A stretch of 46,497 nt of DNA from a virus. Of this stretch, positions 1 through 9,141 are shown piece after piece. How positions within the stretch are numbered: the stretch's first letter is position 1; each line of letters begins with the position of its first letter. The notes under the pieces were generated by a model. The model worked only from the letters and a program-made list of their open reading frames with translations, ran no database searches and was not told the DNA's origin. The translations under genes were made by a program, and so were the position numbers. The stretch lies in the UHGV virus genome UHGV-1364979. One strand, 5' to 3'.

Positions 1-455
1 GTTTTTTTTGTGCTTGATGGTTGCTGAGGTTTACCCCATCCTGACTGCTGATTGCTTCCTGATTGTTGTTGCTGCTGTGATTGTTGGTTTCCATTATCAC
101 TTGATTTACCACCAATCATTTGCATAACGCCGTTCATCGGCTGCAAGACAATTTCAGTAGTGTATTTTTCAACACCGCTTTGATCTGTCCATTTTCGAGT
201 GCGTAATTTACCCTCTATGTATACCTGAGAGCCTTTGCGCAGGTATTCGCCAGCCACCTCCGCCAGCTTTCCGAAGATAACCACACGATGCCATTCTGTC
301 TGCTCTTTCTTTTCCCCTGTGGATTTATCATTCCACTGTTCTGACGTTGCCAGAGAAAGGTTGCACACAGCGCCGCCAGATGGCATATATTTAACCTCAG
401 GGTCTTGTCCGAGAGTGCCCAAAATGATTACTTTGTTGATTCCGCGAGATGCCAT
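1..455 (-). CDS. ssb: single-stranded DNA-binding protein, N-terminal 151 codons; the ORF continues in frame at 46449..46497 across the window junction
   Basis: Minus-strand ATG at 455 gives [89 protein letters not shown]..., an E. coli-type SSB OB fold. The Gln/Ser-rich linker runs off position 1. Confidence 0.9.
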   Translation of the reverse strand, partial: MASRGINKVIILGTLGQDPEVKYMPSGGAVCNLSLATSEQWNDKSTGEKKEQTEWHRVVIFGKLAEVAGEYLRKGSQVYIEGKLRTRKWTDQSGVEKYTTEIVLQPMNGVMQMIGGKSSDNGNQQSQQQQQSGSNQQSGWGKPQQPSSTKK

Positions 456-464
456 AATTTACCC

Positions 465-1124
465 TTAAAAGTTTTCGATGTTCTGTTGAGATGTTGATGG
501 CTTCTCTTCGGTTGCAGATGGCGCAGGCGCCTCTGCTTTCTGGAGTTTGGCCGGGTTGAAATCACTGCCGCCAGCAATGAATTTCGCTTTCATTTCCTGG
601 TATGCGCCGACGATTACGCGAGTAGCAGCGTCATCACCACGGAATGATTTGTATTCTTCACCATAAATAGCGGTAAGCTCATCCATGCTTGCTGCTGAAC
701 GAATGAGTGCGGCTGCATCCTTAGGTGACTTCCTCGCGGCATTGCCATCGTCATCAGCCTGCGCAATACCGAACATGGACGCAATAGAGTAGCGGCGAGC
801 ATACGTCATTGCAGAGCCATAACCCTGCGCATCTTTCTTGGCAACCGGCATTGGCATAACTGAAGACATGTATTCACCAGACTCATGCATGATCGTCGTT
901 TCCAACTTCAAAACATCAACCGTATCGCTCTCAATGGCGTTCTGGATGATGATAAGACCGTTAGCCTCAAGCGCTGGCCTGATAGCATTCAGGAATGACT
1001 CAAGGTTAGCGTAGTTGCTTTTAAGGTGCGGGTTTTGTGCGTTCTTTTTAGCGCTGCTGCTCATCACCTTTCGCGCCTCTACCAGAGCCTTAATCAGGTT
1101 TGCTTTCTGTTCTGAAAATTTCAT
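465..1124 (-). CDS. Erf-family single-strand annealing (recombination) protein
   Basis: MKFSEQKANLIKALVEARK...GYGSAMTYARRYSIASMFGI resembles the conserved Erf core (P22 Erf has ...ATSSYARKYCLNGLFGID). The ATG at 1124 overlaps the upstream stop as ATGA; the ORF-track start at 1127 is a GTG. Confidence 0.75.
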   Translation of the reverse strand: MKFSEQKANLIKALVEARKVMSSSAKKNAQNPHLKSNYANLESFLNAIRPALEANGLIIIQNAIESDTVDVLKLETTIMHESGEYMSSVMPMPVAKKDAQGYGSAMTYARRYSIASMFGIAQADDDGNAARKSPKDAAALIRSAASMDELTAIYGEEYKSFRGDDAATRVIVGAYQEMKAKFIAGGSDFNPAKLQKAEAPAPSATEEKPSTSQQNIENF

Positions 1125-1327
1125 CACTTCACCTCTTTCTTTTTACATGAATCAAAAACGACCCAAGCCGTCTCTCGGCAAGCATGACAGGTTACCTCGC
1201 CTTCAAATTCTGGTCCTTGCGGCATATTCTCATGGTCCTGGCAGATACCACAAAGAGAATCCAATGTTGTACATGGCCCGCTCATAAGATGATTATAACC
1301 ATCAGTGAATCTTGTAACTCTCGCCAT
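1124..1327 (-). CDS. small Cys-rich (zinc-finger-like) hypothetical protein
   Basis: 67 aa with CxxC...CxxC pairs (CGICQD...CHAC). Translationally coupled to erf through an ATGA overlap. Confidence 0.4.
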   Translation of the reverse strand: MARVTRFTDGYNHLMSGPCTTLDSLCGICQDHENMPQGPEFEGEVTCHACRETAWVVFDSCKKKEVK

Positions 1328-1350
1328 CACTTCATCTCATTTACTATAAA

Positions 1351-2307
1351 TTACAGGTTAAATTGCTTTTTGAACCACTCAGGCGTTTCCATTTCGATGA
1401 CCGGATTACCCATTGAGTAACCGGGCCATGAATTGGCTTTTTTGCATGCCTTATAGATTTCCATCGCGCTGCGCAGTTGAATGCGACCAATGCGTAACTG
1501 TTCATCAGTCAGACGAATCAACGCAGGGATGAATGGAGATTTTTTCTCCTGCACCAGAAGGTTTACCGAGCGAGGCGCATGCCCATAAGCCTCGACAAAC
1601 ATGTCGTGCTGCATTGCCATCTTCATAAAGTACCCGAGCCGCGCAGCATGGCGAAAAAATTCATCAGGCTTGGCGCTCACCGCTGTTTTGTAGTCGATGA
1701 TGTCGCCACCGCGAGTAAGGCAGTCAAAGCGTACTTTTGATGGCTCGCCAAGCAACTTACCGAGAATTGATACCTCGGAATAAGCACCAGAAAGCAGGCT
1801 GCTGTAATAGCTGTTTGCATGGATTACGGCGCGCATCTGCATGATGGCGTCATAATCATTGCCCTCCAGCATTGATTTACCAGTAGAGGCCTTCTCTGCT
1901 TCTTCACGGATAACATCGTAAATCTGCACTGTCTCGCCAGTGGCCTGAATAATTTTAATCACTTCGGCTTTAGTCTTACCTGAAAGCCCTTTAATGCCGC
2001 GCTCTTTCGCCCATGAGTTCATGTCGGAAGCTGTCACCAGCACCGTGCGATTGCCATCTTTGTCTTTTGGGAAATCTTCGACAACTGGCATGCGGGCATA
2101 TTCTGCTTCGAAACGCTCAGGCTCAAGCAGAGCGGTATGGCTACCGGTTCCGAAGACAAGAGCCTTTGATTGCTCATCTTCTTCGTCTTTGTAGCGCCAT
2201 GCAGCTGGGCAGCGGTCATATATGTTCCATAGGCCAGAGCCGTTGATGTGCTCTGTGTCAGCATGATATTCTTGATTGCTTAATTCGTTATTAAAGTAAA
2301 CCTTCAT
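1351..2307 (-). CDS. PD-(D/E)XK superfamily nuclease, putative recombination exonuclease partner of Erf
   Basis: 318 aa. Candidate catalytic core VRFDCLT...GGDIIDYKT matches a D...(D/E)xK arrangement. It sits between erf and VRR-NUC. SD GAGGTG precedes the ATG at 2307. Confidence 0.55.
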   Translation of the reverse strand: MKVYFNNELSNQEYHADTEHINGSGLWNIYDRCPAAWRYKDEEDEQSKALVFGTGSHTALLEPERFEAEYARMPVVEDFPKDKDGNRTVLVTASDMNSWAKERGIKGLSGKTKAEVIKIIQATGETVQIYDVIREEAEKASTGKSMLEGNDYDAIMQMRAVIHANSYYSSLLSGAYSEVSILGKLLGEPSKVRFDCLTRGGDIIDYKTAVSAKPDEFFRHAARLGYFMKMAMQHDMFVEAYGHAPRSVNLLVQEKKSPFIPALIRLTDEQLRIGRIQLRSAMEIYKACKKANSWPGYSMGNPVIEMETPEWFKKQFNL

Positions 2308-2353
2308 CCATCACCTCACTTGTTATTGTCAGATGAATCTACATCAAACCACG

Positions 2354-2770
2354 TCATTCATCAAGCCCAAAATAGAATAACGTCGCTCTTTTTATCTCCT
2401 CAAGACCATAAGCAATAGCGCCAAAGTGACCCTCTGCAATGGCGCACTCAAGAACCTCAATCTGCGATGGCGATACTTTTGATTTTGTCTTGTCACGCCT
2501 CTTCAACTCAATCAGGCCGCATTTATGATTAATGCCGTGAGTTAGTATCACATTGTCGCTTACACCGCTCCTGACGCCCATTTTTCGGCGTTTTTCGATG
2601 AATTGCGGACCACTCTTTGTTCCAGTCTCGTTAGGCACATGAAACCACAGGACTTCAGGGAATCGGTATTGCATCCAAAGACCATAGGCCATCTGGTCAG
2701 TTTCCTCCCTTGGACACTCCCCGCGATAACCGCTATCAAATACCCACATTCCACTATCAAGCTGCTTCAA
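2354..2770 (-). CDS. VRR-NUC domain nuclease
   Basis: 138 aa. GVSDNVILTHG...CGLIELK resembles the VRR-NUC D..ExK core. TTG start at 2770 preceded by AGGAG. Overlaps the helicase stop. Confidence 0.7.
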   Translation of the reverse strand: MKQLDSGMWVFDSGYRGECPREETDQMAYGLWMQYRFPEVLWFHVPNETGTKSGPQFIEKRRKMGVRSGVSDNVILTHGINHKCGLIELKRRDKTKSKVSPSQIEVLECAIAEGHFGAIAYGLEEIKRATLFYFGLDE

Positions 2771-4715
2771 TTTGTTCTCCTATGAAATCCTTGCGGTGGA
2801 TGATATCGCGGCCTTTATCGTTAAAGCGATGCGTGATGCGCTTAGGCGCTCGGATTAACCCGGCGTAATGCATGAAAGTCTTCGCATCATGGCAGTCCAT
2901 CATTTTCTTCATCATTGATTTATCTTCCAGGTGCGGAAGCAGAGCCTTCATTTTAAACATGTCACGCAAGTGCTTTGGCTTTCCTCCGAACGGATAAAAC
3001 ACCTCATTTGCCCAGCCGGTCTTTCCATCAGCTTTCACCACCAGGTAACGATAAAGAACCCCTTCAGCGTCTTTGGTCAACTCTACTTTAAAATCTTGCA
3101 CATCTGTCCATTCTTTGTCCGTATAAGCGCGCTCATTAAGCGCCGCGTTAGGGTCGCGCAAAACGTGATCGCATTGACGGCAATAACGAGCTGTAGGGTC
3201 GTTCTTTGTGCCGCAACCATCATCAAAAATACGGATGCCGTGCTTGTCGAAACCACAGCGAATGAAGCTGAAAAACTCTTCGCATCGTCCATCTGGAGAC
3301 GTTGAGTCTTTACCGATGCAACGCCGTGCATATGGGCTGTTCATCGTCTGGCATTTAGGGCATGGAACCTGCTCTCCGCTGCGCTTGGCGCGCTGCGCTT
3401 CTGCTTCCTCAAGAATAGGGTCTTCGTACAGACCGCCCAACTCGAACATGGTTCCGGTGAAGTCAAGGCAAAGGTGGTTTTCTTTCACCAGACCTGCGGC
3501 AATCTGGTCAGGCTTTAAAAGGCGCATTGGTCGGCCAAGCAACTGCGTCAGAAGAGTCAGGGACATAATTTTTCTCAGGATGACAGACGTATCCCAATAT
3601 GGGATGTTGACGCCAGTAGTGAGGCAACCGATTTGCAGCGTGTATTTTTTACGCCCTGTGGCCGCATCTTTCAGTGCTTTCCGTCTGGCCTTCTGCCCCA
3701 TGTCCTCGGTAACAATGGAATAACTTCCTTCTGGTAAGTATTTTGCAGCCTCCTTGCAATGTTTCTTACCGGCGCAGGTAATGAGTACACCTAGTCTGTC
3801 GCGCGTAAGCTCCATGACTTTGAGCATGATTTTTTGTGTCAATGTACCCTGCTTGAGGATTTCTTCCTGCATCTCTTTTAGCTGGCTATCAGTGAAGTCC
3901 TGTACGCCGTCAACGTCACTACTGGCAAACTCATGCAGATCGTATTGCAAGTCTTCGATATCCTGCCCGCCAAAAATTGTCGGCACCAGAAACCCAAGAT
4001 CGACAAGGTATTTTGTGCTGATGTTGACGATTTCATGTTTCCAGTAAGCCCCCTTGATCGACTCAACGCCGCGAAATGGGCTTCCTGTATAGCCAATGAC
4101 AATCACCTCATGCCCATACTTCGCTTTACAGCGCCGGTTAAGTTCATTCATGATGACACCGTACTGCGTCTCTGGCTGCTCTGATATTATGTCCTGCCAG
4201 TTAACCTGATGGCATTCATCAACCAGTATGTAGCGCGGGGAAAAGTCTGATAACAGTGATTTCGTCACAGCGCCATCATCGGCTGTCTTATCAAAAAGAC
4301 CATTTATTATTGTTCCCTCCGTTCCCGCGATAAGCGGATAGGCATATGCCTTTCGCCCAAGGGACGCGCTAAACAGAGAGTTTTTTACGCTCAGATTCCA
4401 GAGTTCCTCAGCATCCTGCTCAATAATTTCGCCTTGTCGCGCGATGACAAGCCCCTCCCAACCCATATCCTGAAACCGACGGGCAATCATGGCTATCATG
4501 ATGGTCTTACCGGCGCCAACTGAAGCGGTAACATAACTTGGCTTGGGCTGCTTACCAAACTTGCGGATAACCTCAGCTGTCTTTTCATATACCAGCCACT
4601 GATAGGGGCGCGGTTCAATTTCCCCGGTATGGATGCTGGCCCGTAGCTTATCCATATCCAGCTCAGCAATCATTGCATCAATTTTTTGCACTTCATCCAC
4701 CTTTATGTTGCTCAA
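2757..4715 (-). CDS. SF2 (DEAD/DEAH-like) DNA helicase with C-terminal zinc-ribbon repeats
   Basis: 652 aa. Walker A ASVGAGKT, DECH box VDECHQV, helicase-C region, and C-terminal CPKC...RC / CRQCDH zinc fingers. The apparent start is a TTG at 4715 lying inside the promoter 13-mer. Confidence 0.85.
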   Translation of the reverse strand: MSNIKVDEVQKIDAMIAELDMDKLRASIHTGEIEPRPYQWLVYEKTAEVIRKFGKQPKPSYVTASVGAGKTIMIAMIARRFQDMGWEGLVIARQGEIIEQDAEELWNLSVKNSLFSASLGRKAYAYPLIAGTEGTIINGLFDKTADDGAVTKSLLSDFSPRYILVDECHQVNWQDIISEQPETQYGVIMNELNRRCKAKYGHEVIVIGYTGSPFRGVESIKGAYWKHEIVNISTKYLVDLGFLVPTIFGGQDIEDLQYDLHEFASSDVDGVQDFTDSQLKEMQEEILKQGTLTQKIMLKVMELTRDRLGVLITCAGKKHCKEAAKYLPEGSYSIVTEDMGQKARRKALKDAATGRKKYTLQIGCLTTGVNIPYWDTSVILRKIMSLTLLTQLLGRPMRLLKPDQIAAGLVKENHLCLDFTGTMFELGGLYEDPILEEAEAQRAKRSGEQVPCPKCQTMNSPYARRCIGKDSTSPDGRCEEFFSFIRCGFDKHGIRIFDDGCGTKNDPTARYCRQCDHVLRDPNAALNERAYTDKEWTDVQDFKVELTKDAEGVLYRYLVVKADGKTGWANEVFYPFGGKPKHLRDMFKMKALLPHLEDKSMMKKMMDCHDAKTFMHYAGLIRAPKRITHRFNDKGRDIIHRKDFIGEQIEAA

Positions 4716-4765
4716 TCTACGTCACAATAGTAGACTGAATCTACGGCAACAATCAAGGTTAAATT

Positions 4766-5641
4766 ATGCGATACGACTGGAAGGATATAGAGCCTTTAAT
4801 GGTAGGTAACTGGGAGGCTGCCCTACTCTCAATAGTGAATATTGACAGGAATGTTTTTACTGGGAAGCATCAACCATGCCCTCACTGCATGGGGGTTGAC
4901 CGGTTCCGTTGGGATAATCACTTCGAAACAAAAGGCGACGGCGGCGCCATCTGCAACCAGTGCGGAAGCGGCAGTGGAATCACCTGGCTAATGAAGCTGT
5001 CAGGAATGACGTTCCCAGAGTCAATGGAGGCACTGGCCGGATTTCTTAACATGCACCCGCGCGAAAAACTTGAGGCGATTAAAAAGCAACTACCAAAGGT
5101 TAACCATGCTTCTGACTACCTGACAGAGGAAGAAGTGGCGGCCATAATGGGAAAAGCAGGAGGCGACACTATAACCGGTAAAACTGGTGAGCTGGTGGCG
5201 ATACCACTATATATGGCTGGAACCATGACGCCATGCAATGTGGCTTTTATGGCTGATGATGAAACCGTGTCATTTCGCGCGGGTTTCAGCCATGAGTACA
5301 CTCGCGGAAGACTTACGCGCGGCGCAGTGACACCCATCGGAGATAAGACTGAATGGACATACCTGGTTGCTGATTATTTCGATGCCTGGAGAGCACACCG
5401 GCTTACTGGCGCCCATGTCTGGTGCTGCTGGTCTCCTGAGAATATGTGGGAAGTTGTGCGCAATGTGAGCGATGAGCAGCGAACCAAACTACGCTGTATC
5501 ATTAATAATAATTTCGATGAGGTATGCGCCGCCGAGAATGCAGGTCTTCCGATACTGATTACTGATGATGGTCAGGATATCCGTTACAGCGGCGCCATAA
5601 GAAAAAGGCTGTATAAACCAGAAGAGCTATTGAAGCACTAA
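4766..5641 (+). CDS. DNA primase (primase-helicase-type zinc ribbon plus TOPRIM-like region)
   Basis: 291 aa. N-terminal CPHCMGVDRFRW...CNQCGSGSG matches the primase zinc-binding ribbon. Located next to the helicase. Confidence 0.7.
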   Translation: MRYDWKDIEPLMVGNWEAALLSIVNIDRNVFTGKHQPCPHCMGVDRFRWDNHFETKGDGGAICNQCGSGSGITWLMKLSGMTFPESMEALAGFLNMHPREKLEAIKKQLPKVNHASDYLTEEEVAAIMGKAGGDTITGKTGELVAIPLYMAGTMTPCNVAFMADDETVSFRAGFSHEYTRGRLTRGAVTPIGDKTEWTYLVADYFDAWRAHRLTGAHVWCCWSPENMWEVVRNVSDEQRTKLRCIINNNFDEVCAAENAGLPILITDDGQDIRYSGAIRKRLYKPEELLKH

Positions 5642-5675
5642 AAAAATAAACCCTCCTGCCGGAGGGTTTTTGTTA
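5642..5675. terminator. bidirectional intrinsic terminator between the convergent primase and DUF3850 genes
   Basis: A-run, stem CCCTCC/GGAGGG (5651-5656 / 5661-5666) with loop TGCC, then TTTTT. Confidence 0.8.
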
Positions 5676-5906
5676 TTCCATGCTAATTAAAACGTAACCA
5701 GGAAGATACGAGCTTACATCAGCTATATGCACAATTAATTTATCAACCCTCTCCCCTGTGTAATCACCATCCCATTCATAAAGAGCAAGAATATCTCCAA
5801 CCTTAAAATTACGGTCGTTATTCCTTAGTTCAGCCCTCTTTAAACCATCAACAACAGGCCAAAAGTGTTGAGGTAATATTTTAAGTTCATGTACTTTGCT
5901 CATCAT
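5673..5906 (-). CDS. DUF3850 / ASCH-like domain protein
   Basis: MSKVHELKILPQHFWPVVDGLKRAELRNNDRNFKVGDILALYEWD matches the DUF3850 pattern (HELKI.P.YF...G.K.FE.R.NDR.F.VGD.L.L.E). Confidence 0.65.
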   Translation of the reverse strand: MMSKVHELKILPQHFWPVVDGLKRAELRNNDRNFKVGDILALYEWDGDYTGERVDKLIVHIADVSSYLPGYVLISME

Positions 5907-7456
5907 TTCAGTCTCGGATTCAGGTAAACAGTGTTATTAAGGAATACGCAATATCCATCTTCTTCAAGAGACGGCAAAACGTTTGACTTGAGTCTGTCAT
6001 AAATGTGCGGTATACCTTTGAATGGTCTAACGTTTTTTAGTGAATCATACAGCCATTTTACCGTGACATTTGTCTTTCCTTTTTGCGCAGCTGTACGCAA
6101 TTTTTCAGCAACAACGTCAATTTCTGATTTCTCGCCAGCGTATCCATTTGACTCAACGGCGTCGGTAAATGTTTTTGTTAGTGCATCATAAACGCTTATG
6201 GCGCGGCTTATATGCTCCTCACCAATAATTTTTGAGCGACGACCGCCATCGCACCAGTTTTCAGCGGCATGGAATATTGCTGAAAGCCTGATTATCTGTT
6301 TGTCAGCCTTACCCATGGCGCCACGAAGCAAAACGTGATCCCATTTACCACCTGGCAGGAAATTCTTTTCCCACTGGTTTCGTAAAAGTCCAATCATACG
6401 CTGAGATTCTTTAGCGAGGGAGAAAACAACCTTCTCAGAAGCCACAAGGTTATGCACAAATCTGGCATATTCTGCCTTTAGTTCTTTAGGCATTGGCTTA
6501 CTTACCGGGCAATCATTTTCAACATCCCAATGCTCACGATAACCCAACATCGACTGTTCACGAAGCATCAGGAATCGCTCTGACAATCCATTACCCCTGT
6601 CGCCAGCGGAAAGAATGGCATCAATACTTTCGTCCTGTGCAATGACGCTGATGTTTCCAAGTACGTAGCCAGATGAAACACCACGACCAACGCGAGCTGA
6701 ACCAACAAACCCGCCATCCCAGCCTTTAAGGATGACTTCGGCGTTAGACTTTCCTCCATCCTTGCCATACGAAAGTCCAAGACAGGTATTTAAAACGCTT
6801 GCCTCATCACTTATCAGGTTGAAAAAACCACCCTCATGAATTGCCTGGTGCTGCACCGCTTCTGGTGTTGCATCGGTTAACGGGTAGGTGATGGTGTAAA
6901 GACTTTCCAGTTTTTCCTTCTCTTTCGCGATATCATCTCCAATGATGGCCTTCGCGTTCTGGTTAGTTGCCTCCTTGTAAGCCTTCATCAGGTCTTCAAT
7001 GCGAATGTTTATCTTTACAATTTCCTTCTCCATCTTTTTTGACAGGTTGTCATACTCAATTTTTATCGGGTTCATATGCATTGAGTTGATGGCTGTCTTG
7101 CCAGCTGATGGCGGCTGCGACGTCACCACGTACAAGGAAACAGGCAATTCAGAACCGTAGTATTCAACGCTAAAATTTCGCGTCATGGCGCTGGCTACGC
7201 AGCCAAGCAGGTGCATGAATGATGTGCTAACTGGGAATTGCACAGCCCTCGCCGCTGCAACTGAGTAGCGCGTTATCAGGTCTTTCCTGTTATCGCTGGT
7301 AAGCTCTATCTCCGAGTATGTTACATCCTTCTCCTGCCCTTCCTTAATTTCCGGCCACATGTTATGGCTTGGCGTCATGCCATGATGAATGGCTACGCGC
7401 GCCGCTGAGGTGTGAGCCTCTCTTGCCTGGTTGAAGATTTCCTGTGCTGTAATCAT
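5903..7456 (-). CDS. large P-loop-containing replication-associated protein (DUF3987-like, as found next to phage primases)
   Basis: 517 aa. Walker-A-like SQPPSAGKTAINS. Position between primase and the ori-like region. Family assignment is from memory only. Confidence 0.4.
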   Translation of the reverse strand: MITAQEIFNQAREAHTSAARVAIHHGMTPSHNMWPEIKEGQEKDVTYSEIELTSDNRKDLITRYSVAAARAVQFPVSTSFMHLLGCVASAMTRNFSVEYYGSELPVSLYVVTSQPPSAGKTAINSMHMNPIKIEYDNLSKKMEKEIVKINIRIEDLMKAYKEATNQNAKAIIGDDIAKEKEKLESLYTITYPLTDATPEAVQHQAIHEGGFFNLISDEASVLNTCLGLSYGKDGGKSNAEVILKGWDGGFVGSARVGRGVSSGYVLGNISVIAQDESIDAILSAGDRGNGLSERFLMLREQSMLGYREHWDVENDCPVSKPMPKELKAEYARFVHNLVASEKVVFSLAKESQRMIGLLRNQWEKNFLPGGKWDHVLLRGAMGKADKQIIRLSAIFHAAENWCDGGRRSKIIGEEHISRAISVYDALTKTFTDAVESNGYAGEKSEIDVVAEKLRTAAQKGKTNVTVKWLYDSLKNVRPFKGIPHIYDRLKSNVLPSLEEDGYCVFLNNTVYLNPRLK

Positions 7457-7729
7457 TTAAACCTCATACTCGGTTGCAAATGATTCGTGTGGGTTTTCTG
7501 ATAGCCACTGCTTAGCTTTAAGTACGGCTGCGTTTGCCTCCTCTGCCGTATCGAACATTCCCAAATCATATCTTTTCTTTAAAACCATCACTCTGGCGCG
7601 GAACTTTTTTGATGCCTTGTGAAAATCAACACCATAGTATCCAGTCGTTGATTTTGGTGAAGCAACCCACCTTGCTCCACGTCCTTTATCATTCATTTTT
7701 CGCTTTAATAAAATTCCATGGTTACTCAT
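7457..7729 (-). CDS. standalone AP2 (Apetala-2-like) DNA-binding domain protein
   Basis: YYGVDFHKASKKFRARVMVLKKRYDLGMFDTAEEANAAV is an AP2 fold signature. The start was moved to the ATG at 7729, which has a GAGGGGG SD. Confidence 0.6.
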   Translation of the reverse strand: MSNHGILLKRKMNDKGRGARWVASPKSTTGYYGVDFHKASKKFRARVMVLKKRYDLGMFDTAEEANAAVLKAKQWLSENPHESFATEYEV

Positions 7730-7807
7730 ATCAAACCCCCTCGTCTTTTGCTCCCTAAAACATACCACCAAACTCCCCAAAAATCAACACCACTCAACGC
7801 AGCGTAT

Positions 7808-8110
7808 TAGGGGCATCTGGGGCAGCATTGGGGCACCCTATTTGCCCCAAGATTTTTCTCTATAAGTGTATGTAATATAATAATAATAGTAGTAGTTGGG
7901 TTAATTGGGTATATTATTATTCATATTATAGATTTTATTTTAACAATAAATTAACAAATGAATTATATGGGTTATATATAAGGGGATATGAGTGAAAACA
8001 TACCATGCTGCCCCTAAATTGTTAAATTACAATATTAACATTAACTTACCGCGAAAAATCTGGGGCAATTAACCTGCCCCAACACCTTACCCACAGGGGT
8101 AAAAACTACC
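7808..8110. promoter_or_regulatory. origin-like region: GGGGCA iterons flanking about 180 bp of >80% AT DNA
   Basis: Direct GGGGCA at 7810, 7819 and 7830 with helical phasing (9 and 11 bp), inverted TGCCCC at 7843, an AT-rich tract 7861-8040, then GGGGCA at 8062 and TGCCCC at 8011 and 8077. Confidence 0.5.
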
Positions 8111-8137
8111 CCAAGCTGATTTATTTTCACCATCATA

Positions 8138-8166
8138 TTGACGTAGATTGAGCGCCATCGTATAGT
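8138..8166 (+). promoter_or_regulatory. sigma70-type promoter TTGACGTAGATTG-N-TATAGT driving the rightward early block
   Basis: -35 TTGACG 8138-8143, 17-nt spacer, -10 TATAGT 8161-8166. This is the only rightward-oriented copy of the conserved 13-mer. Confidence 0.7.
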
Positions 8167-8190
8167 TACCACACCAACAACAAAGAGGTG

Positions 8191-8382
8191 ATGAAAATGA
8201 CCAAAGCAATCTACACGCGCACTCAACTGGAGCCAGAAATGGGCGCAGTGAAAGCGCAAAACTTTATGATGGCGCAGGCGATGAATGCATACAGCAACGG
8301 TAAGCGCGTCTGTCGCGTTTTTATTGGAGAAGGAAAGCAGAGAGTGCTTGAGCAGGTTATCGTGTCATCTGGTGGAAACTAA
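8191..8382 (+). CDS. hypothetical early protein
   Basis: ORF with SD AAGAGG; the start is the ATG at 8191 or 8197. Confidence 0.45.
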   Translation: MKMTKAIYTRTQLEPEMGAVKAQNFMMAQAMNAYSNGKRVCRVFIGEGKQRVLEQVIVSSGGN

Positions 8383-8397
8383 ACCGGTTTAGCAACG

Positions 8398-8676
8398 ATG
8401 AATAAATTACTGGCAGTGGTTTTACTGATTATCGCTAACGCAGCAAGCGCTGAGACTATATGGGTCACGAAGTACGCGCTGACCCGCGGCATTCAAAAGT
8501 ACGAAAGCGCACAGCTATTTGCCGATGGTCAGGTGGCTGTGGTTGGCGATGTTTACTTTAAACGTGGTGAATACTGGCTTGATGAACAACAGGCAAAAGA
8601 GCATGCAGAGACTTTGCGGCAACGCCGTGTATCTGCACTGATGCGTGAGCTTGAGCGTTTGCAGGCTGTTAAGTGA
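8398..8676 (+). CDS. small secreted protein (signal peptide)
   Basis: N-terminus MNKLLAVVLLIIANAASA has a typical signal-peptide shape. Confidence 0.5.
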   Translation: MNKLLAVVLLIIANAASAETIWVTKYALTRGIQKYESAQLFADGQVAVVGDVYFKRGEYWLDEQQAKEHAETLRQRRVSALMRELERLQAVK

Positions 8677-8682
8677 GAGTTT

Positions 8683-9141
8683 ATGTATATCGAAATTAAA
8701 GAAGTTCAGGAAATTATTAAAAATCTTGAGAGTGGCGGTGAACTCTCAATCAAAGAGGAAAAATACCCAAAAGTTGCAAAGCTGTGCGTGCAGCTGGCGG
8801 CGGAGAATGCGGCACTGAAGTCAAAAGGCAAGGAATTGCTCGGCGAAGCATGCGCCGTGTACTCGAGGCTTAATAAAATTATTGATCCATCAATCGGTGA
8901 TTTTGTTGACGGTCAGACGCTCCATGAATTCCAGTTTGTTCTCAATGCGGAAACCCCCGCCACCGATCGCATCGTAGCCGGGATTAAGGCTGATGGGGTG
9001 GAGGCGTTCGCTGAAAGTCAGAAGGAATACGTTCGTCAGCATCGCAACGAAATGGACCAGGTGCTGCGTGCGGCTTATGCAGGGAGCGCAGTAGACGCTG
9101 AGAGATTCGCCAAGCAGCTGAGCGAGGGGGCAGACAAATGA
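8683..9141 (+). CDS. hypothetical protein
   Basis: 152-aa ORF on the same strand, closely packed. Confidence 0.5.
   Translation: MYIEIKEVQEIIKNLESGGELSIKEEKYPKVAKLCVQLAAENAALKSKGKELLGEACAVYSRLNKIIDPSIGDFVDGQTLHEFQFVLNAETPATDRIVAGIKADGVEAFAESQKEYVRQHRNEMDQVLRAAYAGSAVDAERFAKQLSEGADK

Noticed and set aside
3208-4184. Plus-strand ORFs of 171, 97 and 83 aa inside the helicase gene
   Set aside because: They are antisense to the helicase, which has complete SF2 motifs. They have no translation signals.
5903-7456. Calling the 517-aa protein the replicative DnaB-type helicase
   Set aside because: Only a single P-loop-like segment (PPSAGKT) was seen, with no clear DnaB or RecA motifs by eye. It was kept as a DUF3987-like P-loop protein at low confidence.
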